NCBI GenBank assembly: GCA_028534125.1
Contig: CM052817.1
Location: forward strand, 56,236,001-56,300,000
DNA: 64,000 bases
Reading direction: 5' to 3'
DNA from: Lama glama
Taxonomy: Eukaryota
Under the pieces are notes generated by a model. It made no database searches. It saw nothing but the letters and a program-made list of their open reading frames with translations, and was not told the origin of the DNA. Below are positions 38,500-51,480 of the stretch, one piece after another. Within the stretch, counting starts at the first letter, position 1, and each line of letters starts with the position of its first letter. The translations under genes were made by a program, and so were the position numbers.

Positions 38500-40170
38500 T
38501 CTTTAGAGCAATTCGAATTTATGGCCAGGAGTTCAGTTCTCCCAGCTCACTCCTCATCTCCTGCACTTAAAACCTGATATGATTTTCCAAAGCCCACTTT
38601 CTGATAAACCCTACTCTTTCCCACCTCATGAAATCTTTGCACTGTAATTTCTGATGGTGATTCATCAGCAAATTCCTGACTTTTCTAAACCTCTTCATAT
38701 TCTTTCTCCAAAGAAAGCCAGGCTCTCCCCTAAGGACACTGACTACCCTATAGCCCCTTAAATGGTGTTATATAGTAAAGAATTTATCTGGTCTTTCTCA
38801 CTAGTCCCTGGCACTGAGCTTCTAAACCCTTCAAATTTCCAGAAGTGATGAGAAGTGATGTGAGTGCCTTTTTTTTTTTTTTTAATCTTGTTGGGCTCCT
38901 GGGACCATATTTGGGTTTGTCTTAGAGAAGTGACTCATGGTGGGTCCTTACATTGTTTCAGGATGGGGGCTGGGGGTCTTTCAGACAAGAAAGACCAACC
39001 ACGTGAATAGAGAGTTGAAACTTTGAGCCAGGTAATATCAAACTGATCTTCAGGGAAATGAAGGGAGCTGGAGACTGAGTCAAGTTATGTGGCCAATGAT
39101 TCAACCAATCATGGCTATGTAATAAAATCCCAATAAAACTGGACATCAGAGCTCAATTGAGCTTCCTGGTTGGTGAACATCAATGTGCCAGGAGGGTGAC
39201 ACCTCCTATTCCATGAGAGAAGACACGGAAGCTCTGCATTTGGGACCTCTAAGAGCACCCTCTATGGATCTCTTTTTTTTTGGCTGGTTTCTGATTTATA
39301 GACCCTTAAAATAAAACTATAAGTACAGTGCTTTCCTTGGTCCTGCAAATTGTTTTAGTGAATTATTGAACCTGAGGTGGAACTCATGATTTTGTAGCAT
39401 TTGTCAGAAATGTAGGTGGCCTAAGGAGCCCCAAACTTGTGACCAGTGTCTAAAGGGAAGGGGAGACTTGTGGGATTCTGTGCCTTTAAACTGTCAGATC
39501 TATGATTACTGGTTGGCATCAGAATTTCATTGCAAATAGTGACAGTTTTCTCCAACCCTACACATGGTATTGTGTCTTCCTTATAGTCTGTTCAAGATGA
39601 TTTTTCAGTACCTCCTCCATTAAACAAACATAAATTGATTATCAGAATATACATATCGGTATCCCTTACTGTCACCGTGATCCATAGATCTTCAGTTGAC
39701 TCTGTGTCACTTCTTAGAATTATTTTTTAGCTTCTGGATAACTGTCATTCTCTTAAACATTCTGTTCTTGATTATTCCAATACACAAATTGATCTTTGCA
39801 ATGCTCTGATCCCTCAGTTCATTGAATGAATCTCCTTTATTAATATTGTTACCCTGCTGTCTCTCTCACCAACATTCACCAGTGTGATCATTTCCTTGTC
39901 ATTACCAGAAACTTTAACCCCTCCATAATCTCAGATTCATGCACCCCACTCTATGAGAACTATCGCATATCTTTCTAGTTCACTGTTTTGATGCCTAAAC
40001 TTCAACAATCCTTTGACATCACTAGGACATACAATAAGAAAAAATTTTTTTTTCCAGAAAACATGTTTCTGAGTTTCCTAAGACATTCACATTCCCATTC
40101 TTCTCACTTCCACAACTCCTTGTATTTACATTCTTAGCTGTGACCATACTCCCTGTTTTACCAAGAAAAT
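38500..40170 (+). mobile_element. L2 internal (ORF2 5') fragment interrupted by a MER21 LTR
   Basis: Pyrimidine-rich L2-like text ('ctctcccctaaggacactgactaccctatagccc', 'tttaacccctccataatctcagattcatgcaccccactct') on both sides of the LTR. Confidence 0.55.
38766..39534 (+). mobile_element. MER21 (B/C-like) solo LTR, ERVL class
   Basis: tg...ca termini with 5-bp TSD aatgg/aatag; 'tttcaggatgggggctgg...agaaagaccaaccacgtgaatagagagttgaaactttgagcc', 'gagcttcctggttggtgaaca'. Confidence 0.9.
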
Positions 40171-40271
40171 CTAAGCAAAATATTTCTACTTTAAGGTTGT
40201 AAAAGTGAGTCATAAAAAGGTTAAATAAATTTATCACATAAACAGAATTTAAGTTCAGTGACTTTAATATT

Positions 40272-40490
40272 TGTGTTAATCAGAGGCAACCACAATAATA
40301 CTGCATAACAAATTGCCCCCAAATTCAGTAAGTATAAGTAGTTATTTTAATGTTCTTGTGTGTCTAGGTTTGCTCCAATTAAGCTAGTCTATAATGGGCT
40401 TGGCAAGGCAACTCTGCCTGTGATGGGTTTATTTGTGGGCTGCTGGTTTGGTTTAGTTTTGTCCTACATGTGTTTGTTCTGAGACTTAGG
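40272..40490 (-). mobile_element. Old MaLR LTR fragment (MLT1I/J/K-like)
   Basis: 'accacaataatactgcataacaaattgcccccaaattcagt' matches the antisense MLT1 terminus. Confidence 0.6.
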
Positions 40491-43400
40491 TTTTCTTTTT
40501 GGAGTCAAATATTATGGATATTTTTTAGAAGTGGAGCTAATGCCCATTTTTACATGATAAATCCCAAGAATAAAAAGAATTCTCTTTTTTTTTCTAAGAT
40601 TATAGGAAAAAAGTATGTTCCCAGGTTAGAATTGCAAAAATTGTAATTCTTATCCTAGACATTCTCTGTGGATATAGCTAACTTGTTACCAGCTTTGAGC
40701 ATTCTGTTGCTGCCATTTCACATTGGCACTATAGGTTAGTCACACAAAGAAAAACAGCAGGTCTTTTGTGAAACTTTTGGAATTTTATCTCTTCAGCTTT
40801 ATCCTCACAAATGTTTGCTCATAATAACAAAAGAGGTGATTACATAGAAAGATCATTTCACCTTTCCTCTCTGTCCTGCACAAAGGTGGTACAAGGTGGT
40901 GAGAGGTGATCTGGTTACTAATTTTTTATGGCAGGGCATAACCTTTTTGTGATAACCTGAGTTTTTTCACCTTGGAAGGCCAATGTGAAATAATCCCCTC
41001 CCTATCTTTCCAGGCAGCACATCACATAAAACCATGGCCAGAAATCCTTTTAAAATGTACTCCTTCCTTTCTCTTGGCCTCTGTTTTGGGATTAGTAGAT
41101 AATGAGTACAGCAAAATAGGTCACACAGTTCTGACCTTATGAGATATAGCTCATAATACTGAAATGTCATGGCTAGGAAAAAAAATGGGGATCATCATTT
41201 TCTCATCCTGACATTTTTCCACATCATAACTCACAGGTACTTCATTAAAGATCAAAAATGAAATAGAGTAATAAGACTATATTGACAACCACTGTAAATA
41301 AAATTTAAATCTATGTAATATATTTATGGTTGGGTCTTGACATTAAAGTTTGGGAATTTGACACTTGGTTATATAGATATTCATCATGAAGAAACTTAAA
41401 ATATACACTAACTACACACAGAGAAGAAAAAAAAAGATATGGTAATGTTTACAATTAGGGCTGTTAATAACTGAGAGCAAGGTGGCAGTGGCAAACACCC
41501 CGTTCTCTTGATATAGGTTTTAAGTGATATGGATATAAAATAAAGACATATGAACCAAATAAGGAGTCTAAAAATATTAATATATATTAACAAGAGCTGG
41601 AACCAAATTAGTCATCAGAACAAAACATGGTATAATTTTGTATTTATCCTTTAAAAGGCATTTCAAAAACACCTACAACTTCAGACATCTATGAGTTTAT
41701 TTTGTTAACATATATAAATGTGTCATTTTAACTTATTAAGGAAGATATCCTTATATGAAAAATGATATAAATAACCTATGTAAATACCATTGGAAAGGTG
41801 TATATTTTAAATTTATGGTAACAGCTATGGTTTCATTCATTCATTCATTTAGTCATTCATTCACAAAATATCAGTAATTACTATGTGTCAGACATACGGT
41901 AAGTCACATAGGTCTAGTGATTTGTAAACCTCTTGGTACGGTGGGAGCTATGATTGTGATATTATTGTCAGTGAATCCAATAATCCCTCTTTTAAGCAAA
42001 CTACTGGAAGATTTTTTAAAAATAATTCTTGTTTTGTTTTTATTGTGGCCTCATACTGCATTATAGACTTAAATGAAGTGGTTGGGCCAAGTAGCCAGTA
42101 GGGAACCTCAGTACAATTTATGGCATCTGCTCACGTCTTGAGGCTGACTTCTTTTGATTTCTGCACTCCAAAAAAATGTTTCAGTTTTATAGGGAAAGCA
42201 TAAGCATTCCCTCTCAGTTTCCTCCCTTCACTCAATGTGCTAGAAAAAAATGTTCCTCACCTCTACTAAATCTACTGATGGCACACATGTGCTATAAACA
42301 CACATAAACCATTGCTAAGGAACCCAGTCAAATTCAAACTCCCTTGCTTCTCATTAGAAATATGATCAGTAATTAAAGTATAAAAACAAACAAAAATAAT
42401 CCCAAGAAGATTGATTTTCAAAGTTGATTAAATCAAAGAAAATATATTTAGTTGGGATGGTAGAAAGTTTATGAAACCATATTGAGATGAAGAAAGAAAC
42501 TTACAGCTTTGATCCTAATGCTAAACATCTCTCAATCTTATGGTGATAGTTTCTCAACAGTTTGGAACAAAGCCTCATGATGTTACATGCTTTTTTTAGG
42601 TTGAGGCTAAGTGACAAAATTTATTAACACAGGATTTGGGAAGATGTTACTTAGAATTTACCACAAAATTACACCATTAGCAAATTATTTATTTTCATTT
42701 CTGTAGTGCACGACTAGCAAAAGAATTTTCTTTCTATTCAATGCTATCCCTCTTTATAAATGTTTTCTGTTCTCTTTATCCCCACTGACACCTACTACAC
42801 CTTATTTAACTGGCTTTTCCTGCATTCCTCAATAAAGTCTAAAGAAGTTCAGTAGGGTGGGTAACATTTCCTACCTGCCGTCCTCAATTCTATGGTCCCC
42901 CACTAAGTATTTCAATAACATCAGATTACCGTGAGGGATGTAAGACAAAGTTTGTTATATTTTTGCCCTCACAACTCATCACAACCTTTCTTTTCACAGA
43001 AAGTCTTTGTTTGATGGATACGACTTGACACAAGCAAGATATAGAAAGGGATTTGGGAATTTTTCTAAAGAGGTTATTGACCGAAAAAGAAATTCAATAT
43101 GTATTTATGTTGATATGAATGAAGGTTATGAGACAATAACTGTTCTGAAGCTGCTGAGGTAGCTTTTCCTCAGCAGACAGGTTTTGTATATTTACATTTG
43201 AAAAATGGGAAAACTGTGTAATTTTATTGATCCATATAATCAGTATATTCTCAATATTTGAGCAGTTTTAGAATTATATATGTTAAAATTAAGATTAAAT
43301 TCTTCCCTTGATTTTCAAAATTTGGAATGTTTATTTGACAACATACAGTTTTCTTATTCAAAGGCATAAATCCATGTTCATTTTTATAAAATAGTGAAAT

Positions 43401-44129
43401 TCCTGAAATTTTCCCAACATAATCCAAAAGAATATTTAATTAAATAATAGCTTTATACATGTCTATGAATTCCTCTGTATCATTTATCTTCTTTTTTTCC
43501 AGTTAGCACAAGGATGCTCAGGAGCAGAAATACAACTTCCTGATCAACAATCTTCCCTTGTTAAAGTTATGTAACAAAAACACTCAAAAGGAGAGACGCA
43601 GAGAAACTAAAAAAATGAAAAGAAAAAAATTTAAAACCTTATGATTATTTTGCCCAAGTGAAGCCATTTGGATCATTTACTTCCCAAGAGCAAATTGCAA
43701 AGTGAACTAATTTTCCCCCGACTCCCACTAATAATGCTGACCTATTTGATGGAGAAATGGAGTTATGGGTATTCAGGATACAAATTGCTGGAAAGGTGGT
43801 CTCTCTCTTTACTTTTTTCCCCCTTTTTTTTCTCTTTCTTTTTCTTTCTCTTTCTCGTTCTTTCACTTTCTTTCCCCTATTTTTCTACCTACCTATATAT
43901 AGAAATCTCTCTGTTAATTCAGAAAGCTAAAGAATGTGTATTTGAATGATTGTATAATTTTTTCTTTCACTTTTGAAAGAAATATTAGGAAAAAATTGTA
44001 AAACTCTATACCAATTTTGTGTTCATGTGTAGTTACACTTACAAGTAATATATAACATAAAAACATAATAACTACTTATCTATTGCAGAATTATAAAATA
44101 TTCCCCAAATTAAAGGAACTCCTACAAAT

Positions 44130-44360
44130 AATAGTAGTAGTAGCTAACTTTATTGAGGAATTGCTAAGTGGTATATACATTATCTATTTTAACGTACAAA
44201 TTTACTCTGAAATAACTACATTCATTTTGTCACTACAGGTGAGGATAGAAATTTAGAGAGGTTCCTATTTAGTGTCACACAGCTAGAAAATACGAGAGCC
44301 AGGGGAAAAACCTGAGTCTATTTCAGAGCATTCTTTAGACACTATGCATACTACCCCTCA
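44130..44360 (-). mobile_element. MIR SINE
   Basis: 'tagctaactttattgag...tacaggtgaggatagaaatttagagagg...gtcacacagctag'. Confidence 0.7.
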
Positions 44361-45211
44361 GGTATCACAGAGAAAATATTTGGTGAGAAGGATTTAAAAA
44401 GTAATGTCCAAAATATAGCTCAGTGATAATGTTTTCTTAATTATAGAAACATTCAAGTGATGATTAGTTTTACAATCTATGATACTTCTTTATAATTAAA
44501 ATCCTTTTAAAGTAATCAAGTAAAAATCATTCTTACTTTAAAATTCTGTCATCACAACAGCACGGTAATTTGCTATTGTTAAATTCTCTATTTGGGAATC
44601 ATTGAAAGTGATGGCTATTTTGTCGGTCAGAACATATAATTGAAGTAAATGTTCCAAATGCTATCGAAGACTATAATTATACATGCCAAAGACTGCAGGA
44701 TTTTGAAATTTGCCAAACGGTCCCATGATTAATGTCTATTTTTTCCTGTCAGCTTCCTCAGTCTCGTAATCACTCTTCTCACCAATGATGTTACTTAAGC
44801 CCTGTCTCAAAATCCTTTTCTAGACATTGTCCTGAACTTAGATACTAGTTCTAAAATGTTACGCATTTTGCCACTTTTGATGCATTTATTTTTTTCAAAT
44901 ATCAGTAATCACAATGTTTATAAATATTACTAAATTTTCCACATTCCCCTAACTTATTCCTTTCCCTCCCAACCTAGAGGTAAACAACATCTTAAGGTTG
45001 GCGTAGAGTTGTATCTTTAATATATTTTGATCCTTAAATGTGTTATTTTATAAGAATACTTTGGATAGTGGAAATAAACATAAATGTTATTAGGTCTACC
45101 TATTCTCTTCCAATTTGCCTGTAATACTCGATGTTGTATTTATGGAATTGATAAAGTTTATGCATTTAATTTCAATTCATTTATTTTTATTTTAGATCAT
45201 TGTGTTATACC

Positions 45212-45810
45212 GTAAGTGGAAGCAATCTATGTGTCCCTTGATGGATGAGGGAATAAAGAGATTGTGACATGCACATATAATGCAATATTATTCAGCCTTA
45301 AAAAGGAAAGAAATCGTACCATTTATAAAAATGTAGATGAGTCTGGAGGACATTTTTCTAAGTGAAATAAGCCAGATACAGAAAGGAAAATACCACATGG
45401 TCTCACTTATATGATGAATCTAAAATAGTCAGGCTCATCAAAGTAGAGTGTAATGGTGGGTCCCAGGGAACGTAGAGGAAGGGGAAGCAGGGAGGTTTTA
45501 GTCAAGCACAAAGTTTCTGTTACACAACATGTGTTTTAAGTCCCAGGGATCTGCTGTACAGCATCGTGCCTAGACTTTACAGTATTGTATACTTTAAAGT
45601 TAGCTGAGAGGTTAGGTGCCATGTTCAATGTTCTAATCATCATCATCCTCATCATCATAAATAAGAGTTTAGGAGGAAACTTTTAGAGGTGATGAGTTTA
45701 TGGCACAGATTTTGGTGACAGCTTCTATGGTGTATATTTATCTCTGAATTCATCAAGCCTTATATATTAATTATGTAAGGTTTTTGCATGCCAAGAAGTA
45801 AAGAAATAAT
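45212..45810 (+). mobile_element. L1 3' end (L1MB1/L1MA10-like)
   Basis: 'tattattcagccttaaaaaggaaagaaatc...ctaagtgaaataagccagatacagaaagg...gatctgctgtacagcatcgtgcc...ggaggaaacttttagaggtgatg'. Confidence 0.88.
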
Positions 45811-45819
45811 GGAAAAAGT

Positions 45820-46290
45820 GCCTATATATTTCCTCATCAGCATTTCATATTTCGCATAGTTAGAGTAGAACTCTTGATTTCTCCCTCAAGCTCTGCCCTC
45901 CAACATCCTTCTTCTGTAACGTCTTACACATCATCATCACCACTGAATTACTCAGGTGAAATATCAAAGTATCTACTATGGTTCCTCCGTTTCCTTCACC
46001 AGTAACCAATATGTTAGCAAGCTCTTAATTATCATTCTCCAAACCAAATCTGAAACTTGTTCATTTTGTTTAAATACTAGCTTGAAGAAATCATCGTCTA
46101 TCACCTGGACTGCTGCAAACATTTCTTAACTGGCCTCCTTGCTACCATTCGGTTTCTAAAATGTATTCTCCAACTAAGAGTTACAGTAATTTTTTATGAT
46201 AGTAAACCTGATTGTATCCTTCCATCAATGGCTTCCTATCTATTTAAAAAATACACACAAGCCACCCTACTATGGTTTAAAAAAACACCC
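45820..46290 (+). mobile_element. L2 fragment
   Basis: 'gaactcttgatttctccc', 'tcacctggactgctgcaaacatttcttaactggcctccttgc', 'tcaatggcttcc'. Confidence 0.75.
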
Positions 46291-49274
46291 AGTTAAATTA
46301 CGGTCTCTCAGACCTCATTTGTACCTTTCTCCTGCTACTGCAACATGCTCCAAGCACATTGCCCCTGCCTACTAGCCATGGTGTCAGGCTCTGTTTTCTA
46401 GATGGACACAAGCTAAGACATTGGTCTCGATATTTCTTTTTTTTTTTTAATAAGTTGCGGTGCATATATTTTGTGAAGTAATTTAATATGCCAAATATAT
46501 ACAAATCATTTTAATTTTGTCTGGAGTCATCCATCCATTCTACATTGTTAGAAGTTAATTATTTTCAGACTTATGAGGTAGTAGAATGATCATTACTACA
46601 TATGAAGTATGATCAGTAATACTAACCTGAAGATGAATACAGGTTTTCTTTTTGTTTCTCCCCAACCCCAACCCTACCACCAGAGTAAAGGTATGAAATA
46701 CAACCAACATCCATGATAAATATGGACTCAGTACATGAGAAAATAATGTTTTCTTTGATTGAGATAAAACAAGACAAAGAAGAAAGAGTAACTGTAGATA
46801 TTCAGCATTTCTCTTGCTAAGAAATAATAGCAAGTTCACATTATGTGGTTTGATAACAAATTTCAGGTGCTTTGTCATATTTCTGTCTCAATCTGAGGAA
46901 CTATATTTCCACTCTCCTAAAGAGCTTAAAGTTAAAACATGAATTTTATTGTTTGGGAAAGATTAACATCCTAGTTTAAGAAGATTATACTAATTTATTT
47001 AAACTGGTAAAAAAAAATATGTACACACACACACACACACACACTTTTTGTCCCTTTGGGAGTATGTTTTATTTTTTAATTATTATTTCACTTCACTTCA
47101 TACGTATCTTTGGTGCCACAAGATAAGAGTTTACATTGTTCAGTGTTTTTTGGGTTCAAAAAGAAAAGCACTGAAGTATATATGATAGAATCTGTTAGCA
47201 TACCCTGTAAATGTAAAGGATTTTTTTGTGATATATATTTAGAAACAGAGGTTCTGTCATTAAAAATCAATAGTGATATTGTTTCTCTGAAATACAATTA
47301 CTCATTGAAATCATAAGCTAACAGTGAAAAAAAAGCTAATATAAAAGCAAAAGAACCATCAGAGAACATTTAATGTGAGAAATGCATTATTTCAGGTAAA
47401 GTATTATTTTATTCATATTTGTCAGTCAGTGAATCTTTAAAGTGTGAGACAGTAGATTCATTTCTTAAAAGTACAATTATCTTTAAAGGTTTGTTCAAAC
47501 TCATAAGCTAGGCTATTTCTACTAAATCTAAAACTCAGCTCAAATATTGAGTATCCTTTGTCTTACACTGTACCCAGAGTGAGTATAATGAAGTTAAAAA
47601 CCAGTTGCATTCAGTACTAATGAATAACATTCCCCATACATGAGATGGGACTAAACTAAAAGTCTAGCTTTATAATTTACAGACTATTTTAGGATACCAG
47701 GACATATCATCCATTAATTATCTAACCATCCATGTGTATATTTGTAGATTTGGAACATTTAAAATTGCAGCAGATTAACATTTGTTTTAGTATAGATTTA
47801 TTCAAGTTCTCTCAATTCCTTATTACAATGCCTCGTGCCCAGTAGAAATCAACAAGTATTTGCTGATGAATGAATAAACAAATGAGTTAAAGCTGAGTTC
47901 CTGAATATTTTATTTGTTTTCCTCTTCAGGTATGTCTGTGAGTTGAATAACTTAGGTTAACTAGTTTTTTCCAGTGCTAATTTACTTCAGACACAACCAT
48001 GTAATATTATATGAAATCCATGTTCGGGAAAGATTTTGATTTAAATTAACCGTTTAGGATGATTCTCACTGCATTATATGGGACCAAATACTCAAAAGGG
48101 TTCTGATTTTGACAATCTAGTTGTAATGGCTGGATTTGTTAGTAAGTGTTTACTTGGTAAATAACGTAACGTCATGGCTTTTATTTCAAGAATGATACCG
48201 AAAACTTTTAAGTTTGAAAACACCATTCCTTTTAGACACAGATGCAATTTCAAATACAGTCTCTACCCTTCCCCCTAATAATAGGGTATATTAAGTTGAA
48301 ATAACTTTAATTGAATACAACCTGAAATGGCTCTAACAGCTAAAATTCAGCCTACTTGGAGGAGCTAATTCAGGGCTATCAGTACTGCATATATTCTAGT
48401 CCAAGTTTCAACAACTTGGAACTGTCTGATGCCAACCTTTCCACATTTTCACATTTTGCTAACATGTATATTCACTAAATAATCTTGATATCTGATATAA
48501 AAATGATAGTATTTATGACTTTTCCATATTTCCAGCTGAAAATTAACTTATTCTCACTTAACATTTCCTCTAGTCTGTCTTTCCTTGATAATACATACAC
48601 GTGCATTCCTCTTCCATGTTGTCATCTATTTAGCACATTACTGTTTTTCACTCATGCGAAACTAATGATTTCTGATTGAAGTGGAAAAAAACACAGAAGA
48701 AAAAGCAATATATAAATATGATTTAAATTAGCATTTTATATTTCCTCAAATTCTGATATATTAATTTTTCTCATTTAATTCACTATTGAATATAGTTTTA
48801 TTTCCCCCAGATAAAACTCTTGAAGTTATTCAGGATACCTAAAGAAAGTTTACATGTTTCTGATAAAATAATAACCACTGTTAATAAATTATTTTTAAGT
48901 AATATTATTAATATATACTTGTTATGAATAAAAACCCAGCTGTATCATGGCAGACTGGAGGGCAGAATATTAAATATGTTAAGTTGGTTCTATTAACATT
49001 TCTATATAACATGTTTAACTTACAATTTGTTATATTTATATGTGCATAGGTTAGAAAATGTATAAAACATAATTACAAGAAAACACATAAAAATAAACTG
49101 TAATCCCAATACCTAGGTGCAATCTAGTGTTACAAAGTTTATTTTTAAAATATTTCTTTCCAGTCTTTTTTTTTAATTGTATAATTCTTTATTTTCAAAT
49201 CAGTATATACATCTATTCTTTTAGGAAAGCCAGATATAGATAAATACCAATTAAATATGACCAATATCAACATT

Positions 49275-49810
49275 TTTGTAAAATTTGGTAGTGCTATAAC
49301 CTCAGATGTACAGAGGGATTATAAGACTGTTAAAAAGAAATGCTGTGTATCTTTTACCTAGACTAACCAGTTGGAATAATTTTGCCTATTCACTTTATCA
49401 CTACTCTTCTTCTTTTTCTCTTACTCTTTCTCTCTTACTTCCTCACTCTCTTGCTCTCCCTCTTTCTCCTTAATAGATAGGTAGATAGATACAGAGAAAG
49501 ACATTGATAAAGAGATATACATAATTTTCTTGTTGAACCATCTGAGAGTAAGTTCTGTTATCATAGCACTTTACCTTAAATAATTCAGTGTTTAATTCCT
49601 GAGAACAACTGCATTCTACTGCATAGCTGTAGTACAATTATTGAAACCAGAAAATTTATCATTAATAAGGTGTTATCATCTGAACTATAATATACATTCA
49701 AATTGTATGAGTTGTTTGACTAATGTCCTTCATAATTGTTTTATTTCCCTGTCCAGAATTAAATTCATGATTACTCATTGCATTTGGCCTTTATTTCTCT
49801 TTAGTCAGTT
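49275..49810 (-). mobile_element. Old L1 3' UTR (L1MC4/5-like)
   Basis: 'ttgaaccatctgagagtaagtt...taattcagtgtttaattcctgagaacaa...gtacaattattgaaaccagaaaattta'. Confidence 0.7.
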
Positions 49811-50029
49811 AAGCCCAAATTAACTTTCATCTCAGATTTATTTCAATAGAATGTTTATTTGTAATATAACCCTCATTTTTTCCCTTTTATTCATATCTCA
49901 AGGAAATAATTATTGCAAACTGAACATCTTGGATGGTGTAAAAGAGACTTTGTATTGGGTTATAATTCACACAAGAGTTTTAATTTTTGATCTTGTAAGC
50001 ATTGACTTGGCTCAACTCAACTCTGCCTT

Positions 50030-50215
50030 TCGTTGGCAGACACACCCTAGAATGAATGACCCCATGTTCAAGCCTGGATAATCCCTTCATTTTAGTGGAA
50101 TCTGTGACTTACTTTTAACCAACAGAATATGGCAAAGGAGATAAGATCACTCCCTTGATTATGTTACTTTATATGGAAAAAGTGATAGGGTGCCACCCCC
50201 ATTATTATATTATAT
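50030..50215 (+). mobile_element. MaLR LTR 5' fragment (MLT1G-like)
   Basis: 'atctgtgacttacttttaaccaacagaatatggcaaagg...cactcccttgattatgttac'. Confidence 0.75.
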
Positions 50216-50239
50216 TTTATATTTTTATATATATATATA

Positions 50240-50270
<31 letters not shown>

Positions 50271-50274
50271 ATTA

Positions 50275-50735
50275 ACAGAATATTACTTAGCCTTAAAGAG
50301 GGAATGAAATAATGCCATTTGTAGCATCATGGGTGGATCTAGAAATGATCATAATAAGTGAAATAAGCCAGACAGAGAAAGACAAATATTATATGATATC
50401 ACTTATATGTAGAATCTGAAAAACAGTAAAAATAAACTTACTTATAAAGCAGATTCACAGATATAGAAAGCAAATTTATGGTTATTAAAGGAAAAGGGGG
50501 AAGAGATATATTGGAAGTATGAGATTAACAGATGCACACTGCCATATATAAAATAGAAAAACAACAAGGACCTACTGTATGGCACAGGGAACTATATTCA
50601 ATATCTTGTAATAGTGTATAATGGAAAATAATTTTTAAAAAGATATATATGTATATATGTATTACTGAATCACTTCTCTGTACACCTGGGATTAACATAA
50701 TACTGTAAATCAACTATACTTCAATAAAAAAATAC
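50275..50735 (+). mobile_element. L1 3' end, artiodactyl type, preceded by (TA)n(GT)n
   Basis: 'taagtgaaataagccagacagagaaagacaaata...caaggacctactgtatggcacagggaactatattcaatatcttg...aatcaactatacttcaataaaaaa'. Confidence 0.92.
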
Positions 50736-51204
50736 TTGCTGGAAAAGAAAAGGGACATCAAAATGATATATTAAGTGGAAATTAAAATAGAATCAGGGTT
50801 CCTGTTCCTAGTAACAATATAAATATGAAAATGACCCAAGTAATGGACTTGCCACCAACTGAAGCAAAACCAGAAGAAATTTAATTGTGAATATCGACTT
50901 TAGATATTTCTTGAGGAAAATGTTTTTGCTGGATAAACGTAGGGGGACAAAAAGGAGCAACTACCTTGGAAAATACAATTCTCAGCCCAAAGAATTCCAG
51001 AGCAGGAAGCACTGACAAAATGTTACTGTAACATAAGTAGATATATGACTTTGAAAATTAGGTGATCTAGCTTGCAATGAAGGAATAGTCAAAATTTAAA
51101 ACAAAGTAAGTTTAGTAGAATGTTCAAGACTTCCCTTGGAGACATTCTTTTGATAAATGTGGAATATCTTATAAAATAATACAAAAGATTCAAAGATCAG
51201 TTAG

Positions 51205-51480
51205 ATGGAATATAGTATGGTGGCTTTAAGTAAGGGCTCAAGAACTAAAGTTTCCACCTTTACTACCTATGTGATATTGAGGAAGTTATGTAACCACCTT
51301 GAACTTTAGTGGATTTATCTGACAGATCAAATTGATTTGTCTGATAGATTAAATTGATATATCTGATAGATGGAAAAAATAAAAATGTCTGTAGCATGTA
51401 TTTATTCTAAAGCTTAAATAAGAAATCAGTGCAAAGCATGAATCATGCCTACATGCAGTAGATGCTCAAGAAGGGCTGGT
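51205..51480 (+). mobile_element. MIR SINE with internal 22-bp tandem duplication
   Basis: 'ctttactacctatgtgatattgaggaagttatgtaaccaccttgaactttag...gtagatgctcaa'; unit atctgaYagatYaaattgat about 2.5 times at 51318-51372. Confidence 0.65.

Noticed and set aside
43480..43575. Strong acceptor tcttctttttttccag as an exon start
   Set aside because: No good downstream donor or recognisable peptide; such tracts are common in AT-rich DNA.
44222..44244. tacag|gtgagg as a recursive splice site
   Set aside because: Lies in the MIR core (consensus-like ttttacagatgagg); explained by one substitution.
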